DNA of 62,463 nt, filler included. It is 8 parts of 8 records of this genome, joined end to end, with 100 filler letters (N's around TTAATTAATTAA, not from the genome) between each part and the next. Parts side by side here need not be neighbours in the genome. Positions count along the whole stretch, not along the records: positions 57,102 to 62,463 come from SRR31156797_56209; 7 more parts are not named here. One strand, written 5' to 3'. Made by a program: the position numbers and the translations under genes. Below, piece by piece: positions 57,102 to 62,463 of this stretch (position 1 is the first letter of the stretch; the number at the start of each line of letters is the position of its first letter). The notes beneath the pieces are model-generated. The model saw nothing but the letters and a program-made list of their open reading frames with translations, searched no databases and was not told the origin of the DNA.

Positions 57102-59460
57102 GCCCATAGAAACGACACAAACTTTTCCATAGGGAAAGCTCCGGGTTATAGGCAGCCGTGTTCCAGGCATAATCGGCAACCGTTGCGTATTTGATCTTGT
57201 ACACTTCACTGTGTGCCCTGCCGTTTATGTACATTTTCCGGCTGTCGTTATAGGTGTGAAAATCATTGGGTAGGACCGTGTCATAGGGTTCGAAAAGGTT
57301 GCACAATCTGACTTTGCCGGGATAATAAATCGCATATCCCCCATATCGTCTCTTTTCGATATTTCTCGCATAAAGCGTATTGTCCCAAAGCATGGGCCAT
57401 CTGCCGATCAGTGTCCTGTAGCGATAAAGATCCGCCATATCAATGGACAAGGACCGAATGGTCGGGCCGGTCCAGACAACGGCGACGTCCCGGGGAATCT
57501 GGAACATCAAATCCTTGAAATAAAATTCGGCTTTGCCGTCGCTCCGGTCGATATGTTCATTTGAATACCATGGCGGACAGAACTCAATTCGTGTTCCCGG
57601 ATAATTTCCGTCAATCCATTTTTTCAAGCGATTGATGGTATTGGCCTGGGCATTTTGAAGCGTGATGAAAAGACGCTTGTCTTCTTCTGTGTACAATGAA
57701 TAGTTCTGCCTGTTCGTACCGGTGTGAGGAACGTAGTCATCCGAGAGCAGCATAACGGTATCGGCCCCTGCCTCCAACCCTATGGAGAGAACATTTTTTA
57801 GTTTCGTAAAATTCTCCTGACCGCTGTGGGACCACAGGTGTCGCTCATGGCTGTCCAAACTGTCCAGCGGTGCTTCCATTGGAAAATGGGAATAGGGGTT
57901 AACCATCAACGCAAGACGCATCACTCCGATATCCTTGAATTTTTTACCTGCTTCAGCGACGCCCTGGCGGTAGAGTGCATCGGGTTGATACCAGTTTTTA
58001 TTCTTCCGGTTGTACCCGAAATAGACTTTGTTCAGCTTATAAGAACTCATCCGTTCCACTGCATTGAGGTCGTTTAGGATCTCCTTCTTACTGGTCCAGT
58101 TTTTAAAAAGATAGGATCGTTCCAAGAAATCAGGATAGTCCACAATGGTTGCGTCATGGTAGACGAACGAATCGGACTCAAATAGCTGGGCCGCCGTGGT
58201 AGACGCATAATAGGTTCCGACCGGTGTTTCCCCCATGAGAAAAACAGCAAGGGAGCTGCCGATCGTTACGCCCTTAATGAAATACCCCTGTTTCTTACCG
58301 CGGATGCTTGTCAAGGGAGGTTGGGGTTGGATTTTTTGATAGAAACGGTTGTTGCCGATGCTGATGATCAGCGGTGGATCATCTTTGCCGGTAAAGGAAA
58401 AATCGTTTTGGGTAACGGTGGGTATCGAATGATCTCCAGGGTTCTCAGCGAGCAGCTGTTCCAGCTTTTCGTTGATGTTTGTTTGTAGAAGCCTCGCTGC
58501 GGATCGTTCTGCAGGGGCAGGCTTTTCAGGCAATACGATGACGGGAAGATGAGATGTCGGGCGATCATTTCCGAAGTAGGTAATCTCACCATGGTAGGAA
58601 AGATGTTTCGGAGTGGGAGTGACACGCTCTGCGATTGTCAGTGGTTGATCGAAATAGGGTGAAAAACGCTCCAAAGCGGTAAAATTCCATTTGGAATAAC
58701 CGTAATATACATCGTCCAGCCACAGGGTTCCATTTCCTTTCAAACCAAAAAACAGACGCACGTATCGGGTGTTGTCAGGAATATCCCCTTCGGAATATGG
58801 ATAGTTGTACGTTCTTCCTCGAACCTTGCCCCAAGGAAAATCGTCAATCCTCCAATAATTTGAAAAAGAGAAGCTTTTGTCACTGTTGTCGATGGGGCCG
58901 TTTCCGATTGGATTCAAATAACCGGCATCGAGGGGTTGCCGGTTCTCGTCAAAATAGAAAACCCGAATGACGATCGCATCGTAAAGCCGAACACCCATGC
59001 GCGACCGATGGTTGGAAATGTTTTTTAATCGTATGTGATAGGTAAAATCGTAATTGCCGGGTATAACGGGAATAAACTCGCTAATTAACCCCTCTGCGGC
59101 ATCCATTTCCGATGCTGTCGTTCTCGATATTTTTATGCTTTTTGAGCCACTGTGGGTTTCTTCCCCCCCCTCAACACCAGAAGCTTGCTGTATCCAAGAG
59201 ACATTGCTTCCAATCCGTTCCCACCCTTTGGGATTTACCTCATCGTTGGATCCGGCCGTGGCAGTTTCCCCCTCTTCGAAGGAGGCATTTAGTACCAGGT
59301 TCTTCTTTTCGAATTGCAGTTTTCTAATGGAATGGGGAATACTCAACGGGTTGGAAGAAGTCCATGGCGATGGCGTATTGAGAGCGTGCTGCCTTTGTAT
59401 CGTTGAGCAAGCTGTCAGCAAAGAAAGGGAAACAAAGAAGAAAGAGACGATCAATTTCAT
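57102..59460 (-). CDS. Lipoprotein with CBM-like, GH20b-like and GH84 (O-GlcNAcase-like) domains, 3' truncated
   Basis: Lipobox LTAC, NLVLNASFE...LWLDDV, PTPK...QGY.I...I.DYPDF.ER, YKLN, LLSDDY, FCPPWY, VWTG, LWDN, ADYAWN..AYNP. Confidence 0.72.
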
Positions 59461-59488
59461 TGAAATCTTGTTTTCATGGAGGTTTTTC

Positions 59489-59983
59489 CTACAAGTCATA
59501 CAGTGTGTCGTCCCTTAAAGGCACCCTTTTTTTCACTGTTTGCCCCAATCTCTTCTTCTCTGCAAAGGTAAACGGATCTTCCGATTCCAAGAGGTCGCCC
59601 ATCTCCGCCTCCACCTGCTCGGGATCTTCTCCACGCTCCATACGCTCCAACGCCTCTTCCATGCCTGCGCCGAGCTCCATTCCGGTCATATCGGTCAACT
59701 TTCTCATCAAATTGGCCGCCTGCCTTGGGTCGTCTTCGTCGATCCGATCCGCCTCGCCTGCCAGCATCTGCATGGCCTTTTCCATTTTCGCTTCATCGAA
59801 CGGAAGATCCTCGTCCCCGCCATCCTCTTTTGCTTTTCCGGTAAAAGCAAAAGCAGACATCTGCCGCTCTAACTCCCTGGTTTTGCACTTGGGGCAAAAG
59901 GGAGTTTTTGAGGTATTGATAGTTTTCGAAAAAAAATTGAACAAGGTATTACAGTCCGGGCAATAAAATTCATAAATCGGCAT
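59489..59983 (-). CDS. FmdB-like zinc-ribbon protein with an acidic helical C-terminal domain
   Basis: MPIYEFYCPDC...CPKC...LERQMSAF. Confidence 0.85.
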   Translation of the reverse strand: MPIYEFYCPDCNTLFNFFSKTINTSKTPFCPKCKTRELERQMSAFAFTGKAKEDGGDEDLPFDEAKMEKAMQMLAGEADRIDEDDPRQAANLMRKLTDMTGMELGAGMEEALERMERGEDPEQVEAEMGDLLESEDPFTFAEKKRLGQTVKKRVPLRDDTLYDL

Positions 59984-60268
59984 ACTCACTCCACGTTGAG
60001 AAAAAAATTTCAAACAGGCGGTGATGGCTCTCCATCTCTCCCAAATAATGGCTTGGTCTTTTAGCGTATCGCTTCCAGCGATATCTATTTCCCGATCATA
60101 TTGATAAATTTTTCCTTTGATGTCAACTCGCCCACCATCTCAACTAGGTATCGGACCATAAAACAAAAAGCTTACATATCGATATGTTAGTAAACAACCA
60201 GCAGCGCACATCCGTTACCGGGATCCGGTTGACTTGATTAAAAGCTTCTGTTAATTCAGCGACCAACC

Positions 60269-60395
60269 AGAGGGTATCTTAACAAGTCCGATATCTGCGT
60301 TCCGCTTCATCCCTCGTCACTGCGACGGACTTTATTGTACGACGCATTCCTCGGGACTCGCGCGCCTTGATCTCGAACTTGTTAAGATACCCTCT
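60269..60395. mobile_element. 127-bp miniature inverted-repeat element, ERIC-like architecture
   Basis: Perfect 19-bp TIR AGAGGGTATCTTAACAAGT / ACTTGTTAAGATACCCTCT, extending to 27 bp with 2 mismatches. Minus strand carries TCAAGGC...GAGGA...TGAC...AACGCAGA. Confidence 0.85.
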
Positions 60396-60434
60396 TGAAT
60401 TACATGTCAACCCTTACAAAAAAGGAAGTGCACA

Positions 60435-60854
60435 ATGGAAAGAACATTGTCAATCGTCAAGCCCGATGGTGTAGCCAAAGGCGTTATCGGTGAAGTCGTC
60501 AAACGACTGGAAGCCAACGATCTGAAAATTATTGCCATGAAAATGATCCACATGACCAAAGCCCAGGCCCAAGGCTTTTACGCGGTTCATCGTGAAAGGC
60601 CGTTTTTTGACAGCCTCACCGATTTCATGTCCTCTGGTCCTGCGGTTGTCATGGTCCTGGAAGGGGAGAATGCCATTGCCCGCTACCGGGAACTTATGGG
60701 TGCAACCAATTATAAAGAAGCGGACGAGGGTACGATCCGCAGAGAGTTCGCAACAGACATCGAAAAAAATGTGGTCCACGGATCAGATGCCCCGGAAACA
60801 GCCGCATTTGAAATCGGATATTTCTTCAATGCTTTTGAAATCAATGCAAGATGA
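60435..60854 (+). CDS. ndk: Nucleoside diphosphate kinase
   Basis: [36 protein letters not shown]. Confidence 0.97.
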   Translation: MERTLSIVKPDGVAKGVIGEVVKRLEANDLKIIAMKMIHMTKAQAQGFYAVHRERPFFDSLTDFMSSGPAVVMVLEGENAIARYRELMGATNYKEADEGTIRREFATDIEKNVVHGSDAPETAAFEIGYFFNAFEINAR

Positions 60855-61630
60855 CCATCGGCATTGCCCGGGATAATATTACCATTGTCCTACAGCGGCC
60901 GCGGTATCCCGAAAATATCGGGTCCGCGGCACGGGCCCTTTGCAATATGGGATTTACCCGTCTAACCGTTGTCGATCCAGGGATATGGGACGAAGTACGC
61001 ATCCGTCGCTTGGCGACCCATACAGCCGGTGCCGTCGTTGACCGGATTCAGCGATTCGACACGTTGCAGGAAGCCCTTTTGCCTTTTTCCCATGTTGTTG
61101 GCACCACCGCCCGGTTGGGCGGCCAGCGCTCGGCCCTCCGGTCGCCCGAAACCCTTGCCCAGAGCCTCATCGCCATTTCAAGAAACAATCCGGTTGCCAT
61201 CCTTTTCGGCCCCGAAGACCGCGGACTCACCAACGATGACCTAAAAAGATGCCATCAACTGGTAAACATCCCCACCGTGGATTTTACCTCTCTGAACCTG
61301 GCCCAGGCAGTCATGGTGATTTGTTACTGCCTTTCCACGGCCGGCACGTCCGCCCCCCCTCCTTTTGCGCCCCGCCTCGCCAAACGAATCGAACAGGACC
61401 AAATGCTCCAGGAACTGACATCAACCCTGATTCGTATCGGATACATGAATCCGGAGAATCCGGACTACTGGATGGGCCGCATTCGCCACTTCTTTACCCG
61501 CCTTTCTCTTCGCGCAGGGGAGACCAGTATCGTCAGAGGCATTTGCCGGCAAATTGGTCGCTATGGAGACAGGTGTTATGCAAAGGGAGTAAAAGACGGT
61601 TCAATTAAGAAAGCGGACGGGAGTAAATAG
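60851..61630 (+). CDS. trmJ: TrmJ/LasT family SPOUT RNA methyltransferase
   Basis: [43 protein letters not shown]. Confidence 0.85.
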   Translation: MTIGIARDNITIVLQRPRYPENIGSAARALCNMGFTRLTVVDPGIWDEVRIRRLATHTAGAVVDRIQRFDTLQEALLPFSHVVGTTARLGGQRSALRSPETLAQSLIAISRNNPVAILFGPEDRGLTNDDLKRCHQLVNIPTVDFTSLNLAQAVMVICYCLSTAGTSAPPPFAPRLAKRIEQDQMLQELTSTLIRIGYMNPENPDYWMGRIRHFFTRLSLRAGETSIVRGICRQIGRYGDRCYAKGVKDGSIKKADGSK

Positions 61631-61698
61631 TCCCGATACAGAAATGATTGTTTTAGGTGGCCATCGGCATTGTCGTGGTTTTATCGTGACGGAGGACT

Positions 61699-62463
61699 CT
61701 AATTGGGCAGCGCTTCGAATCGAAACTCTTGTTTCAAGGAAGAAGCGTTTCCCGGCTCCAACGCCTTTCGCACTTTTTGCGATAGGACAGCAACCGTAAA
61801 TGGCTTTTGAATAAATCCGTTGCACCCTCGCTGCATGATTCCCTCCGCCTGCCTGTTTATGGCATATCCACTAGAGAGTACCACCGGCATTTTTGGAAAC
61901 AAAGCACGAATGTGATCGAATGTTTTCCCACCATCCATCCCAGGCATGATCATGTCCAAAATAACGAGGTCGATATTGGATCCCACCTTTCGAATCGTAT
62001 CAATGGCCAAAGCACCGCTATTTTCGCCGATTACTGTATAGCCAAGCTTTTCCAACAGCGCTTTTCCGACATCGAGAATCATCTCTTCATCGTCAACCAG
62101 CAAGATCGTCTCGGATCCGCTACTGACATTGGGGGCGATTGGAATAATCTTTGCGGCCTTTTGCTCGGAAGGTGGCAGATAAATGTTGAAGGTCGACCCG
62201 CTACCGACGTCACTGGTCGCGTTGATCACACCACCATGGTTCGAAATGATGCCATAGGCCGATGCCAGCCCCAATCCCGTACCGCGATTTTTCTCCTTGG
62301 TGGTAAAAAATGGATCGAAGATATGATGTAAGGTCTTCTGGTCCATCCCGATACCGCTGTCCGCGACAGAGATTTTCACGTACCTGCCCGGGAGGAGCTG
62401 GTAGAAACCGCAGGCCTGGTTGTCCAACACGACCTCCTCGGTTTTGAGCCGAAGCTTTCCCCC
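61699..62463 (-). CDS. Hybrid sensor histidine kinase (HATPase plus receiver), 5' truncated
   Basis: D.G.GM, IFDPFFTTK, GTGLGL, GSTFNIYLP, ILLVDDE, LDMIMPGMDG, FIQKPF. Confidence 0.93.
   Translation of the reverse strand, partial: GGKLRLKTEEVVLDNQACGFYQLLPGRYVKISVADSGIGMDQKTLHHIFDPFFTTKEKNRGTGLGLASAYGIISNHGGVINATSDVGSGSTFNIYLPPSEQKAAKIIPIAPNVSSGSETILLVDDEEMILDVGKALLEKLGYTVIGENSGALAIDTIRKVGSNIDLVILDMIMPGMDGGKTFDHIRALFPKMPVVLSSGYAINRQAEGIMQRGCNGFIQKPFTVAVLSQKVRKALEPGNASSLKQEFRFEALPN

Overview
This window is not one locus. It is eight unrelated contigs joined by artificial 100-nt linkers (N44-TTAATTAATTAA-N44), so gene neighbourhoods cannot be read across linkers. Taxonomic labels below are inferred from gene content and composition only. 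(1) 1-5730, Bacteroidota-like: RecD-like helicase, pilin-like/DUF3822/rsmD genes, MFS, LOG protein, a REP-like palindrome and an ERIC-like MITE. (2) 5831-16432, Bacteroidota-like: a 2742-aa modular T9SS-secreted protein and an ABC exporter. (3) 16533-27120, Bacteroidota-like: LolCDE/MacB-type ABC system with a beta-barrel, thrABC preceded by an unannotated Thr/Ile-rich leader peptide, and a 150-bp-period array of tRNA-Pro-derived units whose T-loops carry 22-nt double-hairpin insertions. (4) 27221-33664, Planctomycetota-like: LTD/CotH multidomain protein, Tat-exported enolase-superfamily enzyme, sulfatase start. (5) 33765-41821, Desulfobacterales-like: deviant ParA, acidic protein and coiled-coil/zinc-ribbon protein, then futalosine (mqn) genes. 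(6) 41922-47746, Planctomycetota-like: arginine decarboxylase end, speB, two MscS genes, MFS. (7) 47847-57001, Desulfobacterales-like: MCE/PqiC-like genes, TonB receptor with AraC regulator, EamA, CGGC protein, recD2, gmhB, rlpA. (8) 57102-62463, Desulfobacterales-like: GH84-like lipoprotein, FmdB-like protein, a second ERIC-like MITE, ndk, trmJ, hybrid kinase. The best candidates for new biology are the tRNA-Pro-derived array, the thr leader peptide without a canonical terminator, the ERIC-like elements shared between two phyla, and the deviant ParA operon.
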